The translations under genes and the position numbers were made by a program. Of a DNA stretch of 64,000 bases, positions 38,458 through 48,974 are shown piece after piece (within the stretch, counting starts at the first letter, position 1; the number at the start of each line of letters is the position of its first letter). The DNA lies in contig CAVXJS010000014.1 of NCBI GenBank assembly GCA_963762145.1, positions 32,001 through 96,000 on the forward strand, read 5' to 3'. The DNA is from an uncultured Candidatus Rokubacteria bacterium (lineage in GTDB: Bacteria; Methylomirabilota; Methylomirabilia; Rokubacteriales; CSP1-6). The notes below the pieces were generated by a model that saw nothing but the letters and a program-made list of their open reading frames with translations, was not told where the DNA came from and searched no databases.

Positions 38458-39983
38458 GGCGCCGAGTAGGCGTGACCCGCGATCAGGCCGAGGCCCGATT
38501 CACGTACCCGGGGCCCGACGCCGTTGAGGAAGGCCAGCTCCCAGATCGGCGCGTACACCGTCTTGTCGTGGACGAGCTGCTGGATGCGCTGCAGCGTGGC
38601 CTCGCGCCGCTTCGGGTCGTTGTCGGCGGCCTGCTCCTGGAAGAGGCCGTCGAGATCCGGGTACCCGCCGTAGACGTAGGCGCCCCCGGTGGCCACGAAG
38701 GCCTCGAGGCGCGTGGCCGCGTTGCCGAAGGCGCCGCTCGAGCCCTGGATGAGGTTCTTGAACTTCTTCTCCGCGTAGCCGCTGAAGAAGGCGGCGCGCT
38801 CGAGCGGGCGTAGCTTGGTGCGGATGCCCACCTGCTGGAGCGAGTTGGCGACCGCCTCGGCCAGATTGGCATAGGAGCCGTCGCAGAAGTACTCGCCCGC
38901 GTCGAAGCCGGCGGGGAACCCCGCCTCGGCGAGGAGCTGCTTGGCCTTCGCGCGGTCGTATGCCGGGGCGGGTGGCTGCCAGAAGTACTCGAACGAGGTC
39001 GGGATGATGCTCCCGTTGAGGCGCGAGTGGCCGAGGGTCAACGCCTGGTTGATGGAAGGGCGGTCGATGGCGAGGCTCGCGGCCTGCCGCACCCGCCGGT
39101 CGTGCCACGGGGACTTCGGGTCCCACTGGTCGGCGAAGTAGAGCCAGAAGGGGGCCTGGATGACCGCGGGCTTGAGGGTCAGCCCGGGCGTCTTCTGCAG
39201 CTCCTCGGCCAGCTCGCCGCGGATCGAGTAGGCGATGTCCACCTCGCCCCGCTTGAGCGCGGCCAGGCGGGTGGACTCGTCGGGGATCACGCGCAGCACG
39301 AGGCGTTTCACGCTCGGGCTCTTGCGCCAGTACTGTTCGAAGGCCTCGAGCACCAGCTCCACGCCCGGGGTGAAGGAGACGAACTTGTAGGGGCCGGCGC
39401 CCACCGGAGCTTTCTTGAAGCCCTCGTCGCCGACCTTCTCCACGTACTTGCGCGGCACGATCCACCCCGCGCCGGTGGCGTTGGTGTAGAAGGTCAGGAA
39501 GTCGGGCCAGGGCTGCTTGAGCCGGATGCGCACGCGCCCGGGATCGGGCGTCTCCACCGCGGCGACGCGGTCCTTCAGCGCCTTGACCGCGGTGCCGCGG
39601 TAGCGCTCCAGCGAGAACTTCACGTCGTCCGACGTCACCGGGTCGCCGTTGTGGAAGAGCGCACCTTTCCGGAGGATGAACTCGTAGACGAGGCCGTCCT
39701 TGGAGACCGACCACGATTCGGCGAGCCCGGGCGCCCGCGGCTGGCCGGGCATGGGCTTCACCAGCGCGTCGTGCAGGGCGTAGAGGACCATGTAGGGCGT
39801 GATCATGCCCGGCGTCTCAGCCGGGTCGAACCACGTCGGCGCCAATGAGATGTGCACGGCCCAGGTGAGCTGGCCCTCGGCGGCGGCCGAGGCTTCCGGC
39901 GGGCCGCCCGCCGAGAAGAGCAGGACACCGAGCAGGAGCGTGACGACGATCGGGACGAGCGCGCGCGAGAGCGGCATGAGCAT
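38427..39983 (-). CDS. ABC substrate-binding protein, family 5 (stand-alone)
   Basis: ISLAPTWFDPAE, LAESW, FHNGDPVT, PVGAGPY. Confidence 0.9.
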   Translation of the reverse strand: MLMPLSRALVPIVVTLLLGVLLFSAGGPPEASAAAEGQLTWAVHISLAPTWFDPAETPGMITPYMVLYALHDALVKPMPGQPRAPGLAESWSVSKDGLVYEFILRKGALFHNGDPVTSDDVKFSLERYRGTAVKALKDRVAAVETPDPGRVRIRLKQPWPDFLTFYTNATGAGWIVPRKYVEKVGDEGFKKAPVGAGPYKFVSFTPGVELVLEAFEQYWRKSPSVKRLVLRVIPDESTRLAALKRGEVDIAYSIRGELAEELQKTPGLTLKPAVIQAPFWLYFADQWDPKSPWHDRRVRQAASLAIDRPSINQALTLGHSRLNGSIIPTSFEYFWQPPAPAYDRAKAKQLLAEAGFPAGFDAGEYFCDGSYANLAEAVANSLQQVGIRTKLRPLERAAFFSGYAEKKFKNLIQGSSGAFGNAATRLEAFVATGGAYVYGGYPDLDGLFQEQAADNDPKRREATLQRIQQLVHDKTVYAPIWELAFLNGVGPRVRESGLGLIAGHAYSAPYEDIALKGK

Positions 39984-40022
39984 GCCTCCTTCGAGAGCGG
40001 ACCGGTCGAAAAGGGTGGCCCG

Positions 40023-40050
40023 ATTATCCGCGGCCCGGCTTTTCTGTCAA
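40023..40050 (-). promoter_or_regulatory. Sigma70 promoter for the family-5 SBP gene
   Basis: TTGACA-16 nt-GATAAT on the minus strand, upstream of an AGGAGG RBS. Confidence 0.6.
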
Positions 40051-40409
40051 CCGGACGATCTTGCCGAAGCCGGGACGCTCCCGCGTGTCACGCGCGTGTC
40101 GCGCGGCGCGCACGGCGGAAGAAATCACGCACGCCCGGCCGAGATTCACGCAACAAGTGCAGCGAATGGGCGAGCGCGGCGGTCATTCGGGTACGCGGTG
40201 GAGACGGCGGTTCCCACTCTGGGAACCCACGACCACGAGACGTCGATGAGGCTCCCAATCGCGCGTCGGATCGAGTCGTACACCGGAAGTCGTAGGGGTC
40301 TCGGCACGAGGTCGGAGGGCGATGACCTTCGTCTAATTGACGGGAATCCGACCGCGCGTGAGCATGCCCTCTCCAAGCGACGCGACGAGACGGCCTCGGA
40401 GGACTGACG

Positions 40410-41543
40410 ATGCTCAAGGCGCGGTACGTGGTGGCGGGTGTGGCGGTGATCTGCCTGGCGGCGTGCGGAGGGGCGCGGTCGACCGGCGTTCCCATCGAGG
40501 GGGGACTCGTCCGGGAGACCAGCGGGACGCCGCCCCTTGCCGTCGACCGTCCGGCGAGATCGGCGGACGCGGCCCGCCCGGCCCCCGAGCCGGCCTCCGC
40601 GTCGAGCACGGCGGCGCTCAACATGCGCTTGATGGAGCAGGCCGCGCGGCAGAGCGAGGACACCGATCTGCCGGTGGGCGCCGGGGACCTGCTGGAGATC
40701 TCCGTCTTCGAGGTGGAGGAGCTCTCGAAGATCCGGCTGCGCGTTCCCTGGCGAGGCGTCATCTCGCTTCCGCTCATCGGCCAGATCCAGGCGGCCGGTC
40801 TGACGACCTCCCAGCTGGAGGACGAGATCCGGACCCGGCTCCAGCGGAAGTTCATGCACGATCCGCAGGTCTCGGTGTTCCTGCAGGAGCACAACAGTCA
40901 GCGCGTCTCGGTCATCGGGGCGGTGCGGAAGGGTGGCGTGTTCAACCTCACCCGGCCGATTCGCCTGGCCGACGCGCTGGCCCTTGCGGAGGGCCTGACC
41001 GAGGAGGCGGATCGGCACGTCTACGTGATCCGGCGTGCGCCGCTGGCCGCGGTCAAAGCGGCGGCGTCCGGCGGAGCCGCGCCGCCGCCCGGGGCGGCTC
41101 CGAAGGGTGGTGACGCGACGGCCGAGGTGATGGCGCCGATCGACCTCACCGAGCTTGCCGACGGACGCGAGGAGCTGAACGTCGCGCTCAGGTCCGGCGA
41201 CGTGGTGCACGTGCCGCGAGCCGGATCGGTGTACGTGGGCGGGTCCGTCGAGCGGCCCGGATCCTTCCTCCTGCGGGGGAAGACCACCGTCCAGCAGGCG
41301 ATCGTCGCCGCGGGTGGCGTCAAGGACGTGGCGGACTGGAGCGACGTACGCCTCTACCGGAAAGCCGCGTCGGGAGACGTCGACGTCACCACCTACGACA
41401 TCGAAGCATTCGAGCAGGGGAAGCCGGCGCCCGAGCTGCAGCGCAACGACGTGGTGGTCGTAGGGAAGCACGCCGGCAAGGCCTTCTTCTACGGATTCCT
41501 CGATTTCTTCAAAGGCGCCCTCGGCGTGGCGAAGGGAATATGA
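40410..41543 (+). CDS. wza: Polysaccharide export lipoprotein (Wza/Poly_export plus SLBB domains)
   Basis: Lipobox LAAC; GAGDLLEISVF, GVISLPLIG, VIGAVRKGG. Confidence 0.85.
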   Translation: MLKARYVVAGVAVICLAACGGARSTGVPIEGGLVRETSGTPPLAVDRPARSADAARPAPEPASASSTAALNMRLMEQAARQSEDTDLPVGAGDLLEISVFEVEELSKIRLRVPWRGVISLPLIGQIQAAGLTTSQLEDEIRTRLQRKFMHDPQVSVFLQEHNSQRVSVIGAVRKGGVFNLTRPIRLADALALAEGLTEEADRHVYVIRRAPLAAVKAAASGGAAPPPGAAPKGGDATAEVMAPIDLTELADGREELNVALRSGDVVHVPRAGSVYVGGSVERPGSFLLRGKTTVQQAIVAAGGVKDVADWSDVRLYRKAASGDVDVTTYDIEAFEQGKPAPELQRNDVVVVGKHAGKAFFYGFLDFFKGALGVAKGI

Positions 41544-43795
41544 GCGACTCGACACCGCACCGTCTGACGAACGGCCACGATCTCCTGGCGACTCTTCCCC
41601 CGTCCCGGCTCGAGGCGGATTCCCGCCGATTCGCGGAAAGCGGCGCGCACTTCTGGGACTACTGGACGGTGCTCACCCGGCGCCGCGGGACGGTGGCGCT
41701 GGTGTTCCTGGGCGCCGTTCTCACCGCGTTCGTCTGGAGCGTGACCGCACGACCGGTATTCACGGGAACCGCGATGCTCCGCATCGAGAAGGAGGAGCCG
41801 CGGATCCTGAAGTTCGAGCCGACCGGGCGCGACGAGAACGCGGGCGACTTCGCGCAGACCCAGCTGCAGACGTACCACCGCCTCCTGCAACGCCGCGCGC
41901 TCGCCAACCGGGTCATCGGGCTCGTGGACCTCGAGCGCCAGCCCGAGTTCGCCTCGGTCGGACGTCGGCCGGGGGAGCTGACCGACGTGTTCCTCGAGCG
42001 GCTCCGGGTCGAGCCGGTCCGGAACACGCGGCTGGTCAAGGTCTCGTTCGAGAGCCGTAGCCCCGAGCTGGCCGCCCACGTCGTGAACACGCTGGCCGAC
42101 TCGGTCATCGCCCAGCAGCTCGACGACAAGAAGGACGCGAGCCAGTACGCCACGCGGTTCCTGACCACCCAGGTGAATGACGCCCGACAGGCCCTGCAGT
42201 CGAGCGAGACGCACCTCAGCCAGTTCCTGGAGGAGAACGACATCCTGTTCGTGGGCGGCGAGCGCATCGGCGACCGGGTGGGCGAGCGGCAGGCCCTGGT
42301 CAGCCAGGAGCTGGGGACCCTGTCCGACGCGCTGCTCAAGGCGAAGGCGGAGCGCATCACCAAGGAGAGCATGCTCACCCAGGCGACGCGCGCGACCCCC
42401 GACGCCCTCCCGGCGGTGCTGCAGGACCCCCTGATCGCCCATCTCAAGGAGGAGGCGACGAAGCTCGAGGGGCGGTATCGGGAGCTCGGCCAGTCCTTCA
42501 AGCCCGAGTATCCGCGCATGCAGCGGTTGGCCGAGAACATCCGGGAGGTGCGGCGGCAGATCCACGCGGAGATCCAGCGGTTCGTCGAAGCGGCCCGGGC
42601 GGAATACGGGGCCGCGCTCCAGAAGGAGACCGAGGTCCGGAAGCTCGCGGACGCGCAGCGCGGGCTGGCGCGCAAGCTGGACGGCCAGATGGCGCGGTAC
42701 AACCTGCTCCGGCGGGAAGTGGACACGAATCGCGAGCTCTACAGCGCCCTGTCCACCCGGCTGAAAGAGACGCAGGTGGCCTCGTCGCTCCTGGTCTCGA
42801 ATATCTCGGTGGTGGATCGCGCGGACGTTCCCCTGAAGCGCTCGGGCCCGCGCACCGGGCTCAACCTGTTGGTCGGGTGCATGGTGGGCCTGGTCGGGGG
42901 CGTGGCCATCGCGTTTCTCTTCGAGTACCTGGACACGAGCATCCGCGATCCCCGTGAGATCGAAGCCCTCCTCCGCGTCCCCACGCTCGGGCTGGTGCCG
43001 ACGCGCGCCGCGCTCCCGGTCCGTCTCGATCCCCGGCTCGCCGGGCCGGACGACGGAAACCCGGGCGCCTTCGCGCTGGTCGCCCACCAGGCGACGAGCT
43101 CGATTCTCGCGGAGGCGTTCCGAAATCTGCGGACGAGCGTGGTGTACGCGACACCGGAGCGCCCGCCCAAGACCATCATGGTGACCTCGCTCCAGCAGCA
43201 GGACGGCAAGACCTCGCTCTCGACGAACTTCGCGATCAGCCTGGCCCAGCTCGGGATGGGCGACGTGTTGCTGGTGGACGCCGACATGCGGCATCCCGAT
43301 CTCCACGGGGTTCTCGGCGTCCCCCAGACCCCCGGCCTGTCCGACGTGCTCGTGGGCGGCGTGAGTGCCACGGAGGCCATCCGGCCGACGCGGATCCCCG
43401 GCCTCTTCGTGATCCCGGCGGGGCCGGTGCCCGCGAACCCGTCGGAGCTCCTGTACTCTCCGCGCCTCACGCAGGCCCTGGCCGTGCTCGAGGAGCGGTT
43501 CGTCCACATCGTGATCGATACGCCGCCCCTGCTGGGGGTCAGCGACACGCTCGTGCTCGCGCCCCGGGTGGAAGGCATCCTCCTGGTACTTCGCCACGGC
43601 CACGCGGCTCGGGATGCCGCGCAGCGCGCGGTGCAGATGCTCGGCTCCGTTCGCGCCCGCCTCCTGGGCGTCGTCCTCAATCACGCGGACGCGCGGCGGA
43701 CCCCCGGCGGCTATCAGTACTACCGCAAGGAACCGGTTTCTTCCGGGCCGGCGACGTCGGCCCACTGGACGACGAGAGATCGATCCGCATCGTGA
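41540..43795 (+). CDS. wzc: Polysaccharide co-polymerase / tyrosine autokinase
   Basis: Two TMs, coiled coil, EAFRNLRT, DGKTS, LLVDADMR, IVIDTPP, C-terminal YQYY. Confidence 0.9.
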   Translation: MSDSTPHRLTNGHDLLATLPPSRLEADSRRFAESGAHFWDYWTVLTRRRGTVALVFLGAVLTAFVWSVTARPVFTGTAMLRIEKEEPRILKFEPTGRDENAGDFAQTQLQTYHRLLQRRALANRVIGLVDLERQPEFASVGRRPGELTDVFLERLRVEPVRNTRLVKVSFESRSPELAAHVVNTLADSVIAQQLDDKKDASQYATRFLTTQVNDARQALQSSETHLSQFLEENDILFVGGERIGDRVGERQALVSQELGTLSDALLKAKAERITKESMLTQATRATPDALPAVLQDPLIAHLKEEATKLEGRYRELGQSFKPEYPRMQRLAENIREVRRQIHAEIQRFVEAARAEYGAALQKETEVRKLADAQRGLARKLDGQMARYNLLRREVDTNRELYSALSTRLKETQVASSLLVSNISVVDRADVPLKRSGPRTGLNLLVGCMVGLVGGVAIAFLFEYLDTSIRDPREIEALLRVPTLGLVPTRAALPVRLDPRLAGPDDGNPGAFALVAHQATSSILAEAFRNLRTSVVYATPERPPKTIMVTSLQQQDGKTSLSTNFAISLAQLGMGDVLLVDADMRHPDLHGVLGVPQTPGLSDVLVGGVSATEAIRPTRIPGLFVIPAGPVPANPSELLYSPRLTQALAVLEERFVHIVIDTPPLLGVSDTLVLAPRVEGILLVLRHGHAARDAAQRAVQMLGSVRARLLGVVLNHADARRTPGGYQYYRKEPVSSGPATSAHWTTRDRSAS

Positions 43796-45732
43796 GATAT
43801 GAGACCCGTTCGGGACGACCGCTCGTCACGACCACGCGCGTGTCGGTGGTCCTCGTGGACCTCCTGCTGGCCGTCGCCGCGAACTACTTCGCCTTCTGGC
43901 TGCGATTCGATGGCGCGATCCCCGCCGCGGCCTGGAGCCTCTGGGCGGCCACCGTTCCCGCGCTCGTGCTGCTTCGAGGACTCAGCTTCGTCCCGTTCCA
44001 CGTCTACGACTCGGTCTGGGAGTACGTGGGGCTCCGGGACCTGCGGGCGATCGTGGCCAGCGTGACCATGAGTAGCCTCCTCTTCTGCCTGCTGATCCGC
44101 GGGGTCCTGGGGCTGCGCGCCTATCCGCGCTCGGTGTTCCTGATGGATCTGGTGCTCGTGGTGTTCCTCATGGCGTCGGCCCGGGTCGGCTGGCGCCTGC
44201 TGCGGGAGCGCCGGGCGAACACGCGGACCCGGAGGGTCTTGATCTTCGGCGCGGGAGACGCGGGGGCCCGTATCGTCCGGGAGCTCCTGAAGGGCGGAGA
44301 GCACGGGTATCACCCGGTGGGGTTCGTGGACGACGATCCGGCCAAGATGGGGCGGCGAATTCACGGAGTTCCGGTGCTGGGAACCCGGGCGGACCTGCCG
44401 CGGATCATCGACAAGACGAAACCCACCGAGGTGCTGGTGGCGATCGCGCGGGCCGCTCCCGCGACGTTCCGGGGAGTGGTGAAGGAGCTCGAGTCGCACA
44501 AGCTGACCATCCGGGCGATGCCGCACCTCCGGGAGATCCTCGATGGGCGAGCGAGGCTCCACGACGTGCGTGACCTCGCGGTCGCGGATCTGCTCGGGCG
44601 GGTGCCGGTGGGGCTCGACATGGATACCGTGCGACATCTGGTCGAGGGCAAGAGAGTGCTCGTGACCGGCGCCGGCGGGACCATCGGATCCGAGCTCAGT
44701 CGGCAGATCGCCGAGCTGGGACCGAAAAGCCTCGTGCTGTTCGAGCGCTACGAGAACGCGCTCTGGGAGGTCGAGCGGTCGGTGGCGGGGTTGAACCGCG
44801 GCGGGCGGGTATATTCCGTCATCGCCGACGTCACCGACGCGCAGCGGGTCGACGAGGTGCTCGCCGATCACCGCCCGGAGCTGATCCTCCACGCGGCGGC
44901 CCACAAGCACGTGCCCCTCATGGAGCTCAATCCCTGCGAGGCGATCAAGAACAACGTGCGGGGCACGCGGATCGTCGGGGAGGCCGCGGTCCGCCACGGG
45001 GTCGAGCGATTCGTCCTGATCTCGAGCGACAAGGCGGTCAACCCTTCGAGCGTGATGGGGGCCACCAAGCGGGTGGCGGAGCTGCTCGCGATGTCCCTGG
45101 CCGAGCGGGGCCCGACCGGATTCGTCGTGGTGCGCTTCGGCAACGTGATCGGAAGCAACGGCAGCGTGATCCCGCTCTTTCTCGAGCAGATCAAGGGCGG
45201 GGGGCCGGTCACCGTCACGCATCCCGACATGCGTCGCTACTTCATGCTGATCCCGGAAGCGGTGCAGCTCGTGCTCCAGGCCGCCACCCTCGGCGAGAAT
45301 GGAGCGCTCTACGTCCTCGACATGGGCGACGAGATCCGGGTGGTGGACATGGCGCGGAACCTGATCCGGCTGGCCGGCTTCATTCCCGAGCGCGAGATTC
45401 CGATCGTCTACATCGGGGTGCGACCCGGCGAGAAGCTTGCGGAGGAACTGGTGGCCTCGGACGAGACGATCGAGCCGTCGAGCCTGGAAGGGATCCGGCG
45501 GGTTCGATCGGCCGGAGGCCTGTCGCTCGCGAGTCTCGGGCGCAGCGTGGCGGACCTCGAGCGCTTCGCCGAGAAGGGGGCGACCGGCGCCGTCATGCAG
45601 CAGCTCGGCGCGATGGTGGCGATGTTCCGGCCCCCCCACGCGCCGCCGGAGGTCGCGAAGGGCCGGGCCATCCTTCCCGCGGACGTGGTGGCGCCTGCCG
45701 CCGCGGTGGGCGGGGCGCGAGGTGCCGCGTGA
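43792..45732 (+). CDS. UDP-GlcNAc 4,6-dehydratase, PglF/CapD family
   Basis: N-terminal TMs, VLVTGAGGTIGSEL, HAAAHKHVP, SSDKAVNP, MGATK, RFGNV. Confidence 0.92.
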   Translation: MRYETRSGRPLVTTTRVSVVLVDLLLAVAANYFAFWLRFDGAIPAAAWSLWAATVPALVLLRGLSFVPFHVYDSVWEYVGLRDLRAIVASVTMSSLLFCLLIRGVLGLRAYPRSVFLMDLVLVVFLMASARVGWRLLRERRANTRTRRVLIFGAGDAGARIVRELLKGGEHGYHPVGFVDDDPAKMGRRIHGVPVLGTRADLPRIIDKTKPTEVLVAIARAAPATFRGVVKELESHKLTIRAMPHLREILDGRARLHDVRDLAVADLLGRVPVGLDMDTVRHLVEGKRVLVTGAGGTIGSELSRQIAELGPKSLVLFERYENALWEVERSVAGLNRGGRVYSVIADVTDAQRVDEVLADHRPELILHAAAHKHVPLMELNPCEAIKNNVRGTRIVGEAAVRHGVERFVLISSDKAVNPSSVMGATKRVAELLAMSLAERGPTGFVVVRFGNVIGSNGSVIPLFLEQIKGGGPVTVTHPDMRRYFMLIPEAVQLVLQAATLGENGALYVLDMGDEIRVVDMARNLIRLAGFIPEREIPIVYIGVRPGEKLAEELVASDETIEPSSLEGIRRVRSAGGLSLASLGRSVADLERFAEKGATGAVMQQLGAMVAMFRPPHAPPEVAKGRAILPADVVAPAAAVGGARGAA

Positions 45733-46415
45733 CGGGCGGGGCGGGGGCGCCGGCGCGCCGGTCCGGATGGTGGCCGGGCCGGCCCAAGCGCGTGTTCGAT
45801 CTGGTGGTGGCCTCGGTCGGTCTGATCGTGCTGGCCCCCCTGCTGGGCGTGACCTCCCTGGTGATCCGGCTGTCCCTTGGCCGGCCGGTCGTCTTCGCGC
45901 AACGGCGGCCGGGCCGGCACGGGCGCCCGTTCACCCTCTACAAATTTCGCACCATGAGGGCCACCCGCGGGCCCGACGGGGGGCTCCTGTCGGATCGGGA
46001 GCGACTGACCGGTCTCGGGCGGTTGCTCCGCCGGACGAGCATCGACGAGCTTCCGGAGCTCATCAACGTGATCAGGGGCGACATGAGCCTGGTCGGCCCC
46101 CGGCCGCTCCTGATGGAGTATCTACCCCGCTACACGCGGGAGCAGGCCCGGCGCCACGACGTGCGACCCGGGATCACCGGCTGGGCTCAGCTCAACGGCC
46201 GCAACACCCTGCCGTGGGAGCGCCGGTTCGCGCTGGACGTCTGGTACGTGGAGCACCAGTCGTGCCGGCTCGACATCCGGATCTTGCTGCTGACGCTCTG
46301 GAAGACGCTCGCCCAGGTCGACGTCAGCCAGCCCGGGGAGGGGACCGAGGAGCACTTCCGTGGCCGCGAGACCGCGGCGGACGTGCCCGCGCGCGACATC
46401 GAGGTCGCGCGGTGA
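45729..46415 (+). CDS. Phosphoglycosyltransferase, PglC family (initiating sugar transferase)
   Basis: KRVFD, YKFRTM, SIDELP, GDMSLVGPRP, PGITGWAQ. Confidence 0.92.
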   Translation: MTGGAGAPARRSGWWPGRPKRVFDLVVASVGLIVLAPLLGVTSLVIRLSLGRPVVFAQRRPGRHGRPFTLYKFRTMRATRGPDGGLLSDRERLTGLGRLLRRTSIDELPELINVIRGDMSLVGPRPLLMEYLPRYTREQARRHDVRPGITGWAQLNGRNTLPWERRFALDVWYVEHQSCRLDIRILLLTLWKTLAQVDVSQPGEGTEEHFRGRETAADVPARDIEVAR

Positions 46416-46494
46416 GTCGGACTGCGCCGGGCGCCGGCGCGATCGCCGTGAACCTGTCTGCGCTGCGGCGTGTCGAAGCCGCGGAGGCCTCGCG

Positions 46495-47613
46495 ATGGAC
46501 CTGATGCCGATCATTCGCCCGACCCTGCCGGAGTTCCGCGAGTTCGAGGAGCTCGTTCGCCCGAGCTGGGACGAGGGTCAGGTCACGACGGGCCGCATCG
46601 TGCGCGCGTTCGAGGAGGAGATCTGCCGGTACACCGGCGCGCGCGAGGCGGTGGCGATGTCGTCGTGCACCGCGGGGCTCATGCTGGCCGCCCAGGCGAT
46701 GGAGCTGCCCGCGGGGGCCGAGGTCATCGTGCCGTCCTTCACGTTCGCGGCCACCGCGCAGGCGCTGGTGTGGAACGGCCTGGTGCCGGTGTTCTGCGAC
46801 TGCCGGCCGGGATCGCTGACCCTCGATCCGGCCGACGTCGAGCGGAACCTGACGCCGAGAACCGCCGCGATCTGCGCGGCGTACGTCTACGGCCTTCCCC
46901 CCGACATCGAGGCGCTGACCGAGCTCGGCGAGCGCCACGGGCTCCCGGTGTACTTCGACAGTGCCCAGGGACTGGGCGCCGAGTACCAGGGCCGGAAGGC
47001 GGGCGGCTTCGGGTCCTGCGAGATCTTCTCGCTGAGCCCGACCAAGGTCGTCACCGCGATCGAGGGCGGCGTGATCTGCACCAGCGACCCCCGGGTCTCG
47101 GCGCGCCTGCGATCGATGCGCGACTACGGCAAGGATCCGCAGAAGGGGGAGGACATGGTCCACCTGGGCCTCTCCGCCCGGATGAGCGAGCTGCACGCCG
47201 CGGTGGGCGTGCTCTCGCTGAGGCGGGTCGACGAGCTGGTGAAGGCGCGGCGGCAGCTCATCGAGATCTACCGGGCGCGGCTCGGGGCGCTTCCGGGATG
47301 CGGCGTGCAGAGCATGCCGGCCGACCGGTCGAGCAGCGGGAACTACTTCGTGCTGTTCGTCACCGCCCGGGCCCGGGCCGGCCGCGACGCGGTGTACGCC
47401 GGCCTCGCGGCGCGCGGGATCCAGACCAAGCGGTACTTCTATCCCCCCGTCCACGAGCAGACGCTCCTGCGGCGGGTGGCGCATCGGGTGAGCGATCGGA
47501 TGGAGCACACCGTGGCCGCGAGCCGGGAGGCCCTGGCCCTGCCGCTCTACTCGCACATGACGCCGGAACAGGTCGACCGCGTGTGTCGGGAGGTCGAGTG
47601 CCTGCTGGCCTGA
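46495..47613 (+). CDS. DegT/DnrJ/EryC1/StrS sugar aminotransferase
   Basis: SSCTAGL, PSFTFAAT, DSAQ, SLSPTK..EGG. Confidence 0.9.
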   Translation: MDLMPIIRPTLPEFREFEELVRPSWDEGQVTTGRIVRAFEEEICRYTGAREAVAMSSCTAGLMLAAQAMELPAGAEVIVPSFTFAATAQALVWNGLVPVFCDCRPGSLTLDPADVERNLTPRTAAICAAYVYGLPPDIEALTELGERHGLPVYFDSAQGLGAEYQGRKAGGFGSCEIFSLSPTKVVTAIEGGVICTSDPRVSARLRSMRDYGKDPQKGEDMVHLGLSARMSELHAAVGVLSLRRVDELVKARRQLIEIYRARLGALPGCGVQSMPADRSSSGNYFVLFVTARARAGRDAVYAGLAARGIQTKRYFYPPVHEQTLLRRVAHRVSDRMEHTVAASREALALPLYSHMTPEQVDRVCREVECLLA

Positions 47614-47648
47614 TCCAGGCCGCCGCTCGCCGCCAGAGGAATCCACGC

Positions 47649-48974
47649 GTGACCGCCGCCACCAAGAGCGAGCTGACCCTGTCGGTCCCGGGCGATTCGA
47701 TCGCCACCCATTTCGCGATCGGCGCCTTCTGGGCGCTGGTCGGCGCGGTGGTGTCGCGCGGCTTGACGCTGGCGTCGTCGGTGCTGGCCGGACGGCTCCT
47801 GGGCACGACGGGCTTCGGCGAAGTCGCCATGATCCAGAGCACGCAAGGCCTGTTCGGGATCGTGGCCGGGGCCGGGATGGGGCTGGCGGCGACCAAGTTC
47901 GTCGCGGAGTCTCGATCGACCGATCCCGCACGAAGCGGCCGCTGCGTCACGCTGACGACCACCATCGCCCTGATCTCGGGCACCCTGATGGCGCTGGTGC
48001 TCCTGATTCTATCGAGAGCGATCGGCTCGAGCGTGCTGAACGCCCCCCACCTGACCATGGAGCTGCAGGTGGCGACCGGCCTGGTCCTCTTCGGCACGAT
48101 CAGCGGGGTGCAGACGGGCGCCCTCGTCGGCTTCGGCGACTTTCGTGCCCTGGCGGTCCTGAGCAGCGTCCGCGGGGTCTGCCTGTGTGTGTTCCTGATC
48201 GCGGGTATCGAGCTGGGCGGCGTCCTCGGCGGGGTCATCGGCCTGGTCCTGACCGAAGCCATCGCGGTGCTCGCCAACCGCGTGGCGCTGCGGCGGCTCG
48301 TTCCCGAGGCCCGCTCCCGGCCGGACCGCGCCGCGGCGTGGAGCGAGCTGATGACGATGTGCCGATTCAGCGGCCTGAGCCTGCTGGGCAGCGTCTGCAC
48401 GATGTCGGCGATGTGGTTCGCCCACGTGCTGCTGGTCGCGCAGCCCGACGGCTATGCCTCGCTCGGCGTCTTCAACGCGGCCGAACGCTGGCGGCAGCTG
48501 CTCCTGTTCCTCCCCGCCTCGTTCTCGCCGGTGATCCTCACGCTGCTCAGCAACCTGCACGGCACGAACGATCCCGGTGCCTATCGACGGATCTTTGGTC
48601 TCAACCTGGCGGTCAGCCTCGGCGTCGTGGTGATCCCGTCGATCGGCGTCATGCTGTGGGCTTCGTCGGCGATGGGTCTGTTCGGCGACGAGTACCGGGA
48701 CGGCGGGGCGACGCTGATCATCCTGGCCGCCTCGTCGGTCGCGGTGGTGCTCAACAACCTGCTGGGCCAGATCCTGGTGAGCAAGGGGGACATGATGGGC
48801 CGGTTCGTCCTCGACGTCGTGCTCGCCGCGGTCCTCGTGATCGCGTCGTGGCACTTGATCCCGATCTACCGGGAACAGGGGATGGCGCTGGGCAGCTTGA
48901 TCGCGTTCGCGGCGGCGTCGGCCGCGTTGATCGTGACGACCACCTACTCCATGCGAAGGCCGGGGAACCGGTGA
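47649..48974 (+). CDS. wzx: Oligosaccharide flippase
   Basis: About 12 TMs, GRLLGTTGFG; cluster context. Confidence 0.8.
   Translation: MTAATKSELTLSVPGDSIATHFAIGAFWALVGAVVSRGLTLASSVLAGRLLGTTGFGEVAMIQSTQGLFGIVAGAGMGLAATKFVAESRSTDPARSGRCVTLTTTIALISGTLMALVLLILSRAIGSSVLNAPHLTMELQVATGLVLFGTISGVQTGALVGFGDFRALAVLSSVRGVCLCVFLIAGIELGGVLGGVIGLVLTEAIAVLANRVALRRLVPEARSRPDRAAAWSELMTMCRFSGLSLLGSVCTMSAMWFAHVLLVAQPDGYASLGVFNAAERWRQLLLFLPASFSPVILTLLSNLHGTNDPGAYRRIFGLNLAVSLGVVVIPSIGVMLWASSAMGLFGDEYRDGGATLIILAASSVAVVLNNLLGQILVSKGDMMGRFVLDVVLAAVLVIASWHLIPIYREQGMALGSLIAFAAASAALIVTTTYSMRRPGNR

Noticed and set aside
40060-40400. Riboswitch or JUMPstart/ops element upstream of the polysaccharide cluster (hairpin ggttccca-ctc-tgggaacc)
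   Set aside because: No recognisable consensus; a single short hairpin is insufficient.
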